A DNA stretch of 63,063 nt from an uncultured Oscillospiraceae bacterium (GTDB taxonomy: Bacteria; Bacillota; Clostridia; Oscillospirales; Oscillospiraceae): contig CAZQFN010000001.1 in assembly GCA_964592685.1 (NCBI GenBank), forward strand, positions 1 through 63,063. The letters run 5' to 3'. A program made the translations under genes and the position numbers. Positions 1 to 9,470 of the stretch are shown in pieces; position 1 is the first letter of the stretch, and each line of letters opens with the position of its first letter. The notes under the pieces are model-generated. The model searched no databases, had not been told where the DNA came from, and saw only the letters and a program-made list of their open reading frames with translations.

Positions 1-499
1 TGTCAGCCGCGCCGGCTTCCATGGCGTCCATCATAACGGTATCCTCATCCAGCTCGTTTTCCTCGTTGTCCACAACGATAACGCCCTTGCGGTCAAAAGA
101 CCAAGAAACGCAGTTGGTGGGGCCGAGATTGCCGTTATACTTATCGAAGCAGTGACGCACCTCACCGGCGGTACGGTTGCGGTTGTCGGTCATGGCCTCC
201 ACGATGACAGCAACGCCGCCGGGGCCGTAGCCCTCATAAGTAACAGACTCAAAGTTGGAAGTATCACCATTGCCCAGAGCCTTGTCGATCGTGCGCTTAA
301 TGTTGTCATTGGGCATATTGGCAGCCTTCGCCTTGGTGATGACAGCGGCCAGACGCATGTTATTCTTGGGATCGCCGCTGCCGCCTTCCTTCACAGCGAC
401 GATCATCTCACGGGCGATTTTGGTAAAAGCCTTGGCGCGCTTCGCATCTGCCGCGCCCTTTGTTTTCTGAATATTATGCCATTTGGAATGTCCGGACAT
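1..499 (-). CDS. yebC: YebC/PmpR-family transcriptional regulator (partial; C-terminus runs off the left edge)
   Basis: Minus-strand translation from ATG (499-497) reads [40 protein letters not shown]..., the hallmark YebC N-terminus. A GGGGGAT SD lies upstream. It is absent from the ORF track because there is no stop in the window; the + ORF 152..553 is its antisense shadow. Confidence 0.9.
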   Translation of the reverse strand, partial: MSGHSKWHNIQKTKGAADAKRAKAFTKIAREMIVAVKEGGSGDPKNNMRLAAVITKAKAANMPNDNIKRTIDKALGNGDTSNFESVTYEGYGPGGVAVIVEAMTDNRNRTAGEVRHCFDKYNGNLGPTNCVSWSFDRKGVIVVDNEENELDEDTVMMDAMEAGAAD

Positions 500-564
500 T
501 CTTATTATCCCCCTGTAAAATTTGCTTTGCAGGGTATTGTAACATACTTTTAAATCAATATCAA

Positions 565-2058
565 CTATCTGCTTTTAGGAATCAGCAAAAGTCTTCCGTT
601 GTTTCCTTCGTTTGCGGCGGAGATCGCCTCCTGGGAGGAACGGTACTTTTTAGCCAAACCCCAAAGATCTGCCCCGTCACCTTTTCGCACAAGGGTCATG
701 GAGGGCGCCGCCGGGAAAGCCTCCCCCTCCTCCACCTCAACACTCTCCACACAGGTCACCGTGCGTGAGATCACCCGGACACCGTCCATCTGAAGCACGA
801 CTCTCACATCCGCCGCCCCCGCAGCGGGGGAATAATACACATCCGTCACCCGTACATTGATTTCCTTCAGCTCCGTGCCGGCCGGTATATCCGTGGTGAA
901 TTCCGCATTGAGGCGACAGCGGGCCAGCGCATATTCGCCCCCCTCTTTCCGGCAGAGAAGGCGGGTATTTACAACCGTTTTCACTGTCGCATTTTCCATG
1001 CTGATGCCGCCAACGGCGGCAGATGCATATATGATTTCCCCGCTGCACGATTCCGCCCGTCCGGTGACCGTCTGGCGCATGGAGACCGCCTGTATTTCAG
1101 AGACATATTCTGTACCCTTGCGCACCGGACGGAATACAGCCTTGTTGCTGTAGATATCCTCCACATAGGAAACTTCTTTCTTTTCCCTGCATACGCATTG
1201 CGCCGCCATATGATATTCCGCACCGATTTTGCCGCCGGTATCTCCGCGTTCCGGAAGATCCAGATACACACCGGTTAAAAGAAGGCTGACCTCTGGCGGA
1301 ATATCATCCACATCGGCATCCACTTCCATAATCTGCGAAAACTCCGTGTCATACCGCATGGAAACCGGCGCCCCGCCATCCCCGCCGACCACAAGAAGAA
1401 TCGCCGATACCCGCCCCCGGAAAATCACCTTTCCGCTGACAAACTTCACGTCCTCCGTATACACCTCGGCACGCTGGGAGAGGATCTCCATCCCCGCCGA
1501 TGTGTCACCCTGCACGGAATACTGATCCGTGATGACAAAGGCTTTCTCACGCACATCTGTCACGTGGATCGACGAAGCTGTGTTTTTCAGAATATGAACC
1601 GCCGGGTCGTTCTGCTCCAGACCGACTGCGATTGAAGGTGAATCCTCCCGATAGCAGCACAAGTCTCCGCAAACCTCGGCGCGGACGGATATTTTTCGGG
1701 AATTCACCATTTTTGGCTCCATGCTCTTGATCCGGAGCCGGCACACCGCACGGCAGTCGGACACAATGGCCGGATCTTCTATCCGGATATCAACCGGTAT
1801 AGCTGCCGAAAGATTTCGAAGCTCCCCGCCGGCATCGGGAACATAAAGCACAGAGGACTGGATCACCGCCGTTATCACAAGGCATCCATCCTCTGTGTTC
1901 TTGCTCCGCAACTGCAAAATTCCTTCCCCGTCCACCACATCCCGAACATCGGGCAGCGTGTCCGGAACGATGCAATCGGTCTGGAACTCTCCGCTGAACA
2001 TCTCCTGCCATACAGGCTCCAGTCTTCGATATACCGCTTTTTTCAAAACCGCTTCCAT
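565..2058 (-). CDS. Sporulation-type DUF3794/SPOCS-like protein with C-terminal LysM domain (SpoVID/SipL-like candidate)
   Basis: From track ORF 565..2091. Start moved to ATG 2058 (MEAVLKK...), which has AAGGGAG about 8 nt upstream. The C-terminus [36 protein letters not shown] is LysM-like. Size and LysM tail resemble clostridial SipL. Family call is from memory. Confidence 0.6.
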   Translation of the reverse strand: MEAVLKKAVYRRLEPVWQEMFSGEFQTDCIVPDTLPDVRDVVDGEGILQLRSKNTEDGCLVITAVIQSSVLYVPDAGGELRNLSAAIPVDIRIEDPAIVSDCRAVCRLRIKSMEPKMVNSRKISVRAEVCGDLCCYREDSPSIAVGLEQNDPAVHILKNTASSIHVTDVREKAFVITDQYSVQGDTSAGMEILSQRAEVYTEDVKFVSGKVIFRGRVSAILLVVGGDGGAPVSMRYDTEFSQIMEVDADVDDIPPEVSLLLTGVYLDLPERGDTGGKIGAEYHMAAQCVCREKKEVSYVEDIYSNKAVFRPVRKGTEYVSEIQAVSMRQTVTGRAESCSGEIIYASAAVGGISMENATVKTVVNTRLLCRKEGGEYALARCRLNAEFTTDIPAGTELKEINVRVTDVYYSPAAGAADVRVVLQMDGVRVISRTVTCVESVEVEEGEAFPAAPSMTLVRKGDGADLWGLAKKYRSSQEAISAANEGNNGRLLLIPKSR

Positions 2059-2121
2059 GACGCATCTCCCTTGCTTGAATTCTCTATGCAAGGCTATGCG
2101 CCGCGAATGCGGAACATTCCG

Positions 2122-2271
2122 TCATCGCCGCAAAATGCATATGCCGCCGGATACCAGTGCCGAAGCACATATCAGCCACCAAAGCCACTGCGGCAAAATC
2201 AGCGCCAGGAAGATAAGAGTCCCAAGCACCACCGCGGCCCATCCCGCAGGACAACCGTTATTTCTGCGCAA
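2122..2271 (-). CDS. Possible unannotated small membrane protein (49 aa from TTG 2271; 56 aa if ATG 2292)
   Basis: Below the track's size cutoff. The minus frame reads ..RRNNGCPAGWAAVVLGTLIFLALILPQWLWWLICASALVSGGICILRR*, with two clean hydrophobic spans. TTG 2271 lies 7 nt after GGGGAGG (2285-2279), which is the 3' arm of the rsgA terminator. The alternative ATG 2292 sits in the hairpin loop with no SD. Confidence 0.35.
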   Translation of the reverse strand: MRRNNGCPAGWAAVVLGTLIFLALILPQWLWWLICASALVSGGICILRR

Positions 2272-2310
2272 AAAACCGCCTCCCCACAGCATTCTATGGG
2301 GAAAGCGGTT
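2269..2310 (-). terminator. Intrinsic terminator after rsgA
   Basis: Minus strand reads AACCGC..CCCCA-loop-TGGGG..GCGGTT (two stem segments, 2310->2274) followed by TTTTTT. It starts 17 nt after the rsgA stop. Confidence 0.7.
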
Positions 2311-2326
2311 CTTTTGTTCATGCTGT

Positions 2327-3211
2327 TTACTTTAGTTCCCATTCCTTCAGTTGCGCCGCTTCCTCGTAAAGGCGGAGATATGAGGCGTAACGGCTGGGAT
2401 GGATGATGCACTCGTCTACCGCCTGGCGCACCGCACAGGACGGTTCTTTCCGATGAGAGCAGTCATCAAAGCGACAGGCGCACCGAAAATCTTCAAACTC
2501 AGGAAACAATCCGTCCAGTTCATGAGCCCGGATGGGTTCCTCGTTTTCATCGCCAAAAGAGGCAAAACCAGGCGTATCGGCGATATAGGTTCCATCCCCC
2601 AGGTCAAAGAGCTCAACATGGCGGGTAGTGTGCCGGCCGCGACCCAGTTTCTGGCTGACCTCGCCCGTCGGGATCGAAAACGAGACATCGAGCGCGTTCA
2701 GAATGCTGCTTTTTCCAACGCCGGAGTTTCCGGTAAAGCCGCAGATTTTCCCTTTAAGCACTTCCCGCAGCGCTGAGATTCCCTCTCCCGTGGCCGCGCT
2801 CACCCGCAGAAGCGGATAGCCTGTGGTTTTATATATCTCATGGAGCTTGTCTCCGGGATCCAAATCCGTTTTGTTGATGACCAGAATGGTTTCACAGTTG
2901 TTCTTTTCGCAGCGGACCGTCACTCTGTCCACAATATAGGGATCCGTGACCGGAATATAACCGGAAAGTATCATCACAAGACAGTCAACATTGGCCACCG
3001 AAGGCCGGGCAAAGGCATTCCGTCTGGGCAGGATCTCCGCAACCGTACCCGTTCCGTCCGGTTGCGTCTCGATAACAACCCTGTCTCCCACCAGCGGACT
3101 CAGACCATCCTTGCGAAAGCGCCCCTTTGCCCGGCAGGCATAGACAGCTCCCTCCGCATGGACATAGTAAAATCCGCTGAGAGCGCGTATGATCGTCCCC
3201 TGTTTGTTCAA
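2327..3211 (-). CDS. rsgA: Ribosome small-subunit biogenesis GTPase RsgA
   Basis: Circularly permuted GTPase motifs (INKTDL ... GNSGVGKSS) and a C-terminal zinc knuckle CRFDDCSHRKEPSCAV. TTG start with GGTGA SD. Confidence 0.9.
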   Translation of the reverse strand: MNKQGTIIRALSGFYYVHAEGAVYACRAKGRFRKDGLSPLVGDRVVIETQPDGTGTVAEILPRRNAFARPSVANVDCLVMILSGYIPVTDPYIVDRVTVRCEKNNCETILVINKTDLDPGDKLHEIYKTTGYPLLRVSAATGEGISALREVLKGKICGFTGNSGVGKSSILNALDVSFSIPTGEVSQKLGRGRHTTRHVELFDLGDGTYIADTPGFASFGDENEEPIRAHELDGLFPEFEDFRCACRFDDCSHRKEPSCAVRQAVDECIIHPSRYASYLRLYEEAAQLKEWELK

Positions 3212-3224
3212 GGCTTCACCACTC

Positions 3225-5015
3225 TCATTCTTCCGCCACAGGAGGATCCGTAGGAGCCGGGGTCGGCGTTACGGCCGGACCGGTGCCGATCTGGATGTAT
3301 ACCTTTGTATCCTTCTCCACACTGGTGCCGCTGCTGTAATTCTGCCAGATGACATAGCCGTCCTCATCTTCCTCCGAGCTCACATATGTGATCTCGCTCT
3401 CCGTACAGATGAGTCCGCTCTGCTGAAGCTCCATAAGCGCTCTGGCTTTGGAGAGACCAACTACATTCGGAACGGTGCTGTAGGAGATAGGCGGACCGGA
3501 ACTGACAACGATCGTCACAGTACTGCCGCCGGGCAGACTCTCTCCGGCCGCGGGGTCACTCTCAATGACGAAGTCCACCGTGACCGATTCCGAGCTGTCC
3601 ATCTCGATCACAACATTCAGTCCCTGTTCCTGTAGGCGAACCTGTGCATCCTTATAAGGCAGATTCACCACGTCAGGTATCTCCACCATCTGAATACCGG
3701 TGCTGACCGTCAGTTCCACATCGATCCCTTCATCCACGATCATGCGGCTGGAACCGGCAATGGGATCCTGCGCCAGAATAAGCCCCTTCTCAATATCGGA
3801 GTTTGCCGTATATACCACCGAGAAGTTAAACAGGCTGAGCATATCCTCATCGTTTCGGATGACCTCTGCCTCTTCTCCCACAAAATTGGGTACACTCACG
3901 CGCTCCGCATCGCTGAATATCTCTTTGAGCCAATAATTCCAGACGAAGGCAAAAATCCCCAGGATAAAAGCAAGGACTATGGCGAACCCCAAAAGAGTGC
4001 TTATGGTCTTCGCCCGGGCGCGACGGCGAACGTATCCTTCCTTGGAGAGTTCACCGCTCTTGCTGATGCGGGGAACATTTTTGGTTATAACATGAATCTC
4101 ATCCCGACGGGGTTCGGGCCGCACCATCTCCGCGGCAAGCGCCTTCTTGACCACCATGCCGATTGCCGCAGTCTGACCCTTGCGAAAATCCTCCAGATCT
4201 GCCAGCATTTCCTCTGCCGTGGGATAGCGGTCAGCCGGATTGGGCTGCATAGCTCTGAGCGTGATGTCCTCAAGCTCCGGAGGGATCTCCGGATTCAGGA
4301 ACGTGGGCGCATCCGGCGCCACCGTAAAGTGCTTTACTGCCACTTCTGCCACAGAATCACCGTCAAAGGGAATGCGTCCGGTAAGCATCTCATACATGAC
4401 CACGCCCAGCGAATAAATGTCCGTTCGGACATCAACGGCCTCACCTCGGGCCTGCTCCGGGGAAATATAATGGATGCTGCCAATGGCCTCTTCCGTTCCC
4501 TCCCCATCCCCCATGGATTCCTCCAGAAGGGCAATGCCGAAATCCGCGATCTTCACGGTTCCATCCTTGGGCAGAATGATATTCTGGGGCTTGATATCCA
4601 TGTGGATGATCCCCTTGCTGTGGGCATGGCTGAGCGCCTTGGCGATCTGGGAGGAGAAATGAAGTACTTCTTTCCAGGAAAGTGCGCCCTTCTTTTTCAG
4701 ATACTGCTTCAGGTTGATGCCGTCCACATATTCCATAACGATGTATTCCGTGTCGCCGGAAGAAACGACGTCATAGACTGCCCGGATATTGGGATGGCTG
4801 AGCATACCGACCGCCTGGTATTCCGTGCGGAACTGGCGGCGGGACTGTGCATCCATGGCCACATCGTCCCGCAGGACTTTGATGGCAACATGACGCTTCA
4901 GTTTATGGTCAAACGCCTTGTATACAACGGCCATACCGCCAATACCAAGGACCGAGACCATCTCATATCGGTTATCCAGCGTTTTTCCCAGACGCCAGCT
5001 GACTTTATTCTCCAT
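3225..5015 (-). CDS. prkC: Ser/Thr protein kinase with three PASTA repeats (PrkC type)
   Basis: Hanks kinase motifs (GIGGMAVVYKA, HMDIKPQN, DFG), one TM segment (ISTLLGFAIVLAFILGIFAFVW) and three C-terminal PASTA-like repeats. Start set to ATG 5015 (MENKVSWRLGKTLDNRYEM) with GGAG SD; it overlaps the stp stop. Confidence 0.9.
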   Translation of the reverse strand: MENKVSWRLGKTLDNRYEMVSVLGIGGMAVVYKAFDHKLKRHVAIKVLRDDVAMDAQSRRQFRTEYQAVGMLSHPNIRAVYDVVSSGDTEYIVMEYVDGINLKQYLKKKGALSWKEVLHFSSQIAKALSHAHSKGIIHMDIKPQNIILPKDGTVKIADFGIALLEESMGDGEGTEEAIGSIHYISPEQARGEAVDVRTDIYSLGVVMYEMLTGRIPFDGDSVAEVAVKHFTVAPDAPTFLNPEIPPELEDITLRAMQPNPADRYPTAEEMLADLEDFRKGQTAAIGMVVKKALAAEMVRPEPRRDEIHVITKNVPRISKSGELSKEGYVRRRARAKTISTLLGFAIVLAFILGIFAFVWNYWLKEIFSDAERVSVPNFVGEEAEVIRNDEDMLSLFNFSVVYTANSDIEKGLILAQDPIAGSSRMIVDEGIDVELTVSTGIQMVEIPDVVNLPYKDAQVRLQEQGLNVVIEMDSSESVTVDFVIESDPAAGESLPGGSTVTIVVSSGPPISYSTVPNVVGLSKARALMELQQSGLICTESEITYVSSEEDEDGYVIWQNYSSGTSVEKDTKVYIQIGTGPAVTPTPAPTDPPVAEE

Positions 5016-5757
5016 ACTGAGCGTCTCCTTTCTCAGAGAAGTAAACGATCGCTGTGATGTTATCCCGCGCGTCATTTTCAAGCGCCGCCGCCAGAAGCGA
5101 GCGGCAGGCAGAGGCGGCATCCGCCGCCGCCAGGATCAAACGGTGTATCTCCGCCTCCTCCACGGCGTTTGTAAGTCCGTCGGAGCAGAGAAGAAAACGG
5201 TCATTTTCGCGAATGCGAACCGTGAAAAGGTCGCTGGTCACAAACGTCTCTCCGCCAATGGCCCGGGTAATGATATTCCGGTTGGGATGCCGCCGGGCCT
5301 GTGCCGGTGTAAGCTGTCCGGTGTCCACCATTTTCTGCACAAGGGAATGATCCTTCGTGATCTGGCTGATGCCGTCCTTTGCCACGCGGTAGGCGCGGCT
5401 GTCACCTACATTCACAATTGTGGCCGTTTTCTCCTGGAAAAAGCCCGCCACCAGCGTGCTGCCCATGCCTTCATAATCCGAATTCTCGCAGGCGTTCTGA
5501 TACACCATCCGGTTTGCCGCATCCGCTGCCTGGCGGAGAATATCCTCCACTTCGGTATCGCGGCTCGCCTCCAGTCCCGAACGTGCAAAGGCAACAAACC
5601 GCGCAGACGCCATGTCGCTGGCAAGCTTTCCTGCCGCGGCTCCTCCCATGCCATCGCACACGACAGCCAGTGTTCCTTGCTTTAATTCGCAGATGTCAAA
5701 GGAATCTTGATTCTCGGCCCGAAAACGGCCCTTATCGGTCAATCCATAAATTTTCAT
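5005..5757 (-). CDS. stp: PP2C-family Ser/Thr phosphatase (Stp/PrpC)
   Basis: MKIYGLTDKGRFRAENQDSF..VVCDGMGG..LLCSDGLTN motifs. Start ATG 5757 overlaps the rlmN stop by 4 nt. Confidence 0.9.
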   Translation of the reverse strand: MKIYGLTDKGRFRAENQDSFDICELKQGTLAVVCDGMGGAAAGKLASDMASARFVAFARSGLEASRDTEVEDILRQAADAANRMVYQNACENSDYEGMGSTLVAGFFQEKTATIVNVGDSRAYRVAKDGISQITKDHSLVQKMVDTGQLTPAQARRHPNRNIITRAIGGETFVTSDLFTVRIRENDRFLLCSDGLTNAVEEAEIHRLILAAADAASACRSLLAAALENDARDNITAIVYFSEKGDAQYGE

Positions 5758-6800
5758 TGGCTCCTCATCTGTCCGCGGCGAAGCTGTCCGCAAGCCGCAT
5801 CAATATCGCTTCCCAACCTTCTGCGGACTGTGACCGCGAGGCCGCTGTCCGAAAGGCTCTTTGCAAAAGTCTGAACCGTCTTCTCCGCAGACGGTTGAAG
5901 TCCGCGCTCGGAAACATAGTTCAGCCGGATAAGGTTTATATGGGCTCCTGTGCCGTCAAGGCGCTGGGCCAGAAGCTTCGCATGATAGGGTGTATCATTG
6001 GTATCCCGGACCATGGCGTACTCAAAGGAAATACGCCGCCCGGTCTTCTTGAAGTATCGCTCGCAGGCCGCATAGAGAGAATCGACATCGTATTTCCGGT
6101 TCACGGGCATCAGTTTCGATCTTGTCTCATTGTCCGGTGCATGGAGAGATACGGACAGTGTCAATTGTAAGTTAAGCTCAGCCAGTTTGTCAATTCCGTC
6201 CACCACACCGCAGGTGGAAAGGGAAATATGGCGCATACCGATGTTCATACCGTCCGGATGGTTCACAAGGCGGAGAAAACGAACCACATTGTCGAAATTA
6301 TCCAGCGGCTCGCCGATGCCCATGAGAACGATGTTGGAAATTTCCGCTCCGGCTTCGATCTCCGTGCGAAGAACCTCCTCCAGTATCTCGGAAGCGGTCA
6401 GATCCCGGATCTTTCCGCCAATGGTGCTTGCGCAGAAAGCGCATCCCATGCGGCACCCCACTTGTGAGGAGATGCATACACTGTTTCCATGCTTATAGCG
6501 CATAAAAACCGTTTCCACACTCTCCCCATCCGCCAGCTGCCAGAGGAATTTGATCGTTCCGTCCAGCGCCGACTCCTGTTTTTTCAGCATCGTCAGACTG
6601 GGAATGAAATAAAGTTCATCCAGTTGCTCCCGCAGAGCTTTGGGCAGATCGCTCATCTGGTTAAAGCCGGTAACGCCCCGGCCCAGCCAGCGAAACACCT
6701 GCCCGGCCCGGTAGCCCGGAAGACCGAGGGCTTTGAAATCCGCAGCGATCTCCTCCGGAAGCATGGCCTTTATATCCCGTTTTTCCGTTTCATACGACAT
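5754..6800 (-). CDS. rlmN: 23S rRNA/tRNA (adenine-C2)-methyltransferase RlmN (radical SAM)
   Basis: Radical-SAM CRMGCAFCAS motif, ..GIGEPLDN.. and a C-terminal ..DIDAACGQL. The start could alternatively be ATG 6764. Confidence 0.9.
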   Translation of the reverse strand: MSYETEKRDIKAMLPEEIAADFKALGLPGYRAGQVFRWLGRGVTGFNQMSDLPKALREQLDELYFIPSLTMLKKQESALDGTIKFLWQLADGESVETVFMRYKHGNSVCISSQVGCRMGCAFCASTIGGKIRDLTASEILEEVLRTEIEAGAEISNIVLMGIGEPLDNFDNVVRFLRLVNHPDGMNIGMRHISLSTCGVVDGIDKLAELNLQLTLSVSLHAPDNETRSKLMPVNRKYDVDSLYAACERYFKKTGRRISFEYAMVRDTNDTPYHAKLLAQRLDGTGAHINLIRLNYVSERGLQPSAEKTVQTFAKSLSDSGLAVTVRRRLGSDIDAACGQLRRGQMRSQ

Positions 6801-8026
6801 ATATAAAACCCATCCATACCGTCCGTATCCGGCCAGCAGGTCCTCTCGCTCTCTATCACAAATTCCGGATGCTCCTTCAGGAAGGATTCCGATACTCCTT
6901 CGTTTTCACGCTTCCGCCATGTGCAGGTGGAATATACCAGCACACCGCCTGGCTTCACCGCAGTGGCAACGGATTCCAGAAGTTCTCTCTGCAGTTCCGG
7001 AAGCCGGTCAAGTTCCGACTTCTCCCGATACCGGATATCCGGTTTCTTTCGAATCACACCAAGTCCGCTGCAGGGAAGGTCCGCAATGACAACATCATAA
7101 TCGCCGCCGCAAATATCCCGGGCGTCACCGGCCGTGCAGTCAATGATGGAAAGTCCCAACCGGTCCGCCCCGTCCATGACCAGATTCAGTTTGGAATCGC
7201 TGATATCCCTGGAATGAACAACACCCTCGTTATTCATGGCAATGGCAGCACCAAAGCTTTTCCCGCCCGGGGCAGCACAGGTATCCAGAACCCGCATACC
7301 GGGCTTTGGATCCGCCAAGAGCACCGCCATGCGCGCGGCGGGATCCTGCACATAAAAATGACCCATCCGGAATTCTTCCGTCTTTGTGAAATCTCCGGGA
7401 TTATCCAGCAAAATGCAGCCCTCAATGGAATCATGCTGACGACCGCCAAGGGCTTTGCACAGAGTCTCCGGCGAAGTTCGCAGTGTGTTTGTCTGAATAT
7501 AGATCGGAACGGGTTCATTGTCCGCCCGGAGGACCGCCTCTGCTCCCTCGTAGCCGCGAAGAGCCATCAACTCCTCCACCAGCCACAGGGGATGACTGTA
7601 ACGTACCGATAGATATTCAGCTGTCCCCTCTCCGGGCACTTCCGGAAGAGAGTCTTTTTCCCGGCTGACACGGCGCAGAACAGCATTTACAAGTCCGGCC
7701 GCGCGGTCATATCCCGCCTTTCGGCACAGCAATACCGACTGATTCACCGCCGCACTGGCCGGAACACGGTCCATAAAAAGGAGCTGATACATGCCGATGC
7801 GCAGAATATCCCGCACCTTGGGTTCCAGTTTCCCCTTCGCATAAAGACCAATGTAATGATCACAGAAAGAAAGATTCTGCAAAACGCCGTAGAATATCCG
7901 GGCCGCCAGTGCAGAATCACGGCTGTCCAGACTGTTTTTCTTGGCCAGTGCAGTCAATACCTGACGACTCCAGGCCCCATCCCGCCGGAAGCGCTCCAGC
8001 GCCTCCAGAGCTGTCTTTCTCGGCAT
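6770..8026 (-). CDS. rsmB: 16S rRNA (cytosine967-C5)-methyltransferase RsmB
   Basis: NusB-like N-terminal half, SAM methyltransferase half with DLPCSGLGVIRKKPD and YSTCT catalytic Cys motifs. Confidence 0.9.
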   Translation of the reverse strand: MPRKTALEALERFRRDGAWSRQVLTALAKKNSLDSRDSALAARIFYGVLQNLSFCDHYIGLYAKGKLEPKVRDILRIGMYQLLFMDRVPASAAVNQSVLLCRKAGYDRAAGLVNAVLRRVSREKDSLPEVPGEGTAEYLSVRYSHPLWLVEELMALRGYEGAEAVLRADNEPVPIYIQTNTLRTSPETLCKALGGRQHDSIEGCILLDNPGDFTKTEEFRMGHFYVQDPAARMAVLLADPKPGMRVLDTCAAPGGKSFGAAIAMNNEGVVHSRDISDSKLNLVMDGADRLGLSIIDCTAGDARDICGGDYDVVIADLPCSGLGVIRKKPDIRYREKSELDRLPELQRELLESVATAVKPGGVLVYSTCTWRKRENEGVSESFLKEHPEFVIESERTCWPDTDGMDGFYICRMKRKNGI

Positions 8027-8028
8027 GA

Positions 8029-8940
8029 TCAGACCTCCATGGGATGTCCCAGAAGATAGGCACCCGCCGCCATCCGTTTACCGCCGGCAGCCTGAAGTTC
8101 CGTAATGCGGATGACGATACCATCCCCACAGACAACCTCGATCCCCTTCTTCCCGGCCGCGATCACGATACCGGGGTCTTTTGCGCTTTCTCCGCAGGCT
8201 TCCGCGGCAAAAATTTTAAAATTCGTGCCTCCGAGCTCCGCCGTGGCGCAAGGCCAGGGCTGCATACCGTAAATATGCTTCAGCACCAGCGCGGCCGACT
8301 TTCTCCAATCAACAGGACTTTCCTCTTTGGAAAGCGGCGGCGCATAGGTCGCCTTACTGTGATCCTGGGGTACGCGGGGTGCCGTCCCCGCCTCGATATC
8401 ACGAACGGTCTTCACAAGAAGCTCGGCCCCCATAACCGCCAGCCGGTCAAACAGCTCGCCGCTTGTCTCCTTCTCGCCGATGGCCGTCTCCTCGGTATAG
8501 ATAACATCTCCGGCATCCATCTCTGTGGCAAGATACATAGTACTCACACCGGTAACGGCGTCGCCGTTTATCACAGCACGCTGGATGGGAGCGCTGCCCC
8601 GGTAAGCCGGCAGAAGAGATCCGTGGACGTTGATACAGCCGTATTTGGGCAGCGACAGGATATCATCCGGCAGAATGCGGCCATAGGCCACCACCACAAT
8701 GAGATCCGGCGCCAGTTCCTGCAGACATCTGTACGCCTCTCCATCCCGGAGCTTTTCCGGCTGATAAACCGGGATATTCTCCAGCGCCAGTTCCTTCACC
8801 GCGCATGCAGCCAGTTTATGGCCCCGGTTTTTGGGCTTGTCCGGCTGACAGAAAACACCAACAACATCGAAGCCTTCGTCCATTAACTTTTTCAGGGAAC
8901 AGGCGGCAAAATCCGGTGTTCCCATAAAGACGATCCTCAT
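8029..8940 (-). CDS. fmt: Methionyl-tRNA formyltransferase
   Basis: MRIVFMGTPDFA.., ..NVHGSLLPAYRG.. motifs. Forms the canonical def-fmt pair. Confidence 0.95.
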   Translation of the reverse strand: MRIVFMGTPDFAACSLKKLMDEGFDVVGVFCQPDKPKNRGHKLAACAVKELALENIPVYQPEKLRDGEAYRCLQELAPDLIVVVAYGRILPDDILSLPKYGCINVHGSLLPAYRGSAPIQRAVINGDAVTGVSTMYLATEMDAGDVIYTEETAIGEKETSGELFDRLAVMGAELLVKTVRDIEAGTAPRVPQDHSKATYAPPLSKEESPVDWRKSAALVLKHIYGMQPWPCATAELGGTNFKIFAAEACGESAKDPGIVIAAGKKGIEVVCGDGIVIRITELQAAGGKRMAAGAYLLGHPMEV

Positions 8941-9449
8941 TCACCGGCCTCCGCTGCATAATAGTCGTCCAGCTCATCCTCGGTCATGATGTGCTCACTG
9001 ACTTCCAGGAAAAGCTGCCCCTCCAGATGGGCCAGTTCATGGCAGAAAGCCCGGGCTGTGAGACCGTAGCCCTCCACCTCGAAGAATTCACCGTTTCGGT
9101 CCCGGGCGCGAACAACCACCCGCTCAGGACGCTTGACCATACCATAGACGCCGGGCACGGAAAGGCACCCTTCGGGCCCATCCTGTTCGCCCTCGCTCTC
9201 AATAATCTCCGGATTGATAAGTTCGATGATGTAGTCATCCTCGCCCTCGGGAACATTGGTCTCCAGAACCAGAACCGCCCGGCGGAGAATGCCAACCTGG
9301 GGCGCAGCAAGCCCCACGCCCTGGGCCTCGGTCATGGTTTCGGCCATATCGTCCAGAAGCTCGTGGAGTCGGGCGTTGAAATCCGTCACAGGACGGCAGC
9401 GTTTGGAGAGGGTTTCATCGCCCTCTTTCAGAATATTGCGAAGCGCCAT
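8937..9449 (-). CDS. def: Peptide deformylase
   Basis: GVGLAAPQVG, EGCLSVPG and HELAHL (HExxH) motifs. 4-nt overlap with fmt. Confidence 0.95.
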   Translation of the reverse strand: MALRNILKEGDETLSKRCRPVTDFNARLHELLDDMAETMTEAQGVGLAAPQVGILRRAVLVLETNVPEGEDDYIIELINPEIIESEGEQDGPEGCLSVPGVYGMVKRPERVVVRARDRNGEFFEVEGYGLTARAFCHELAHLEGQLFLEVSEHIMTEDELDDYYAAEAGE

Positions 9450-9470
9450 ATCAGTTACTCCTATAATGAT

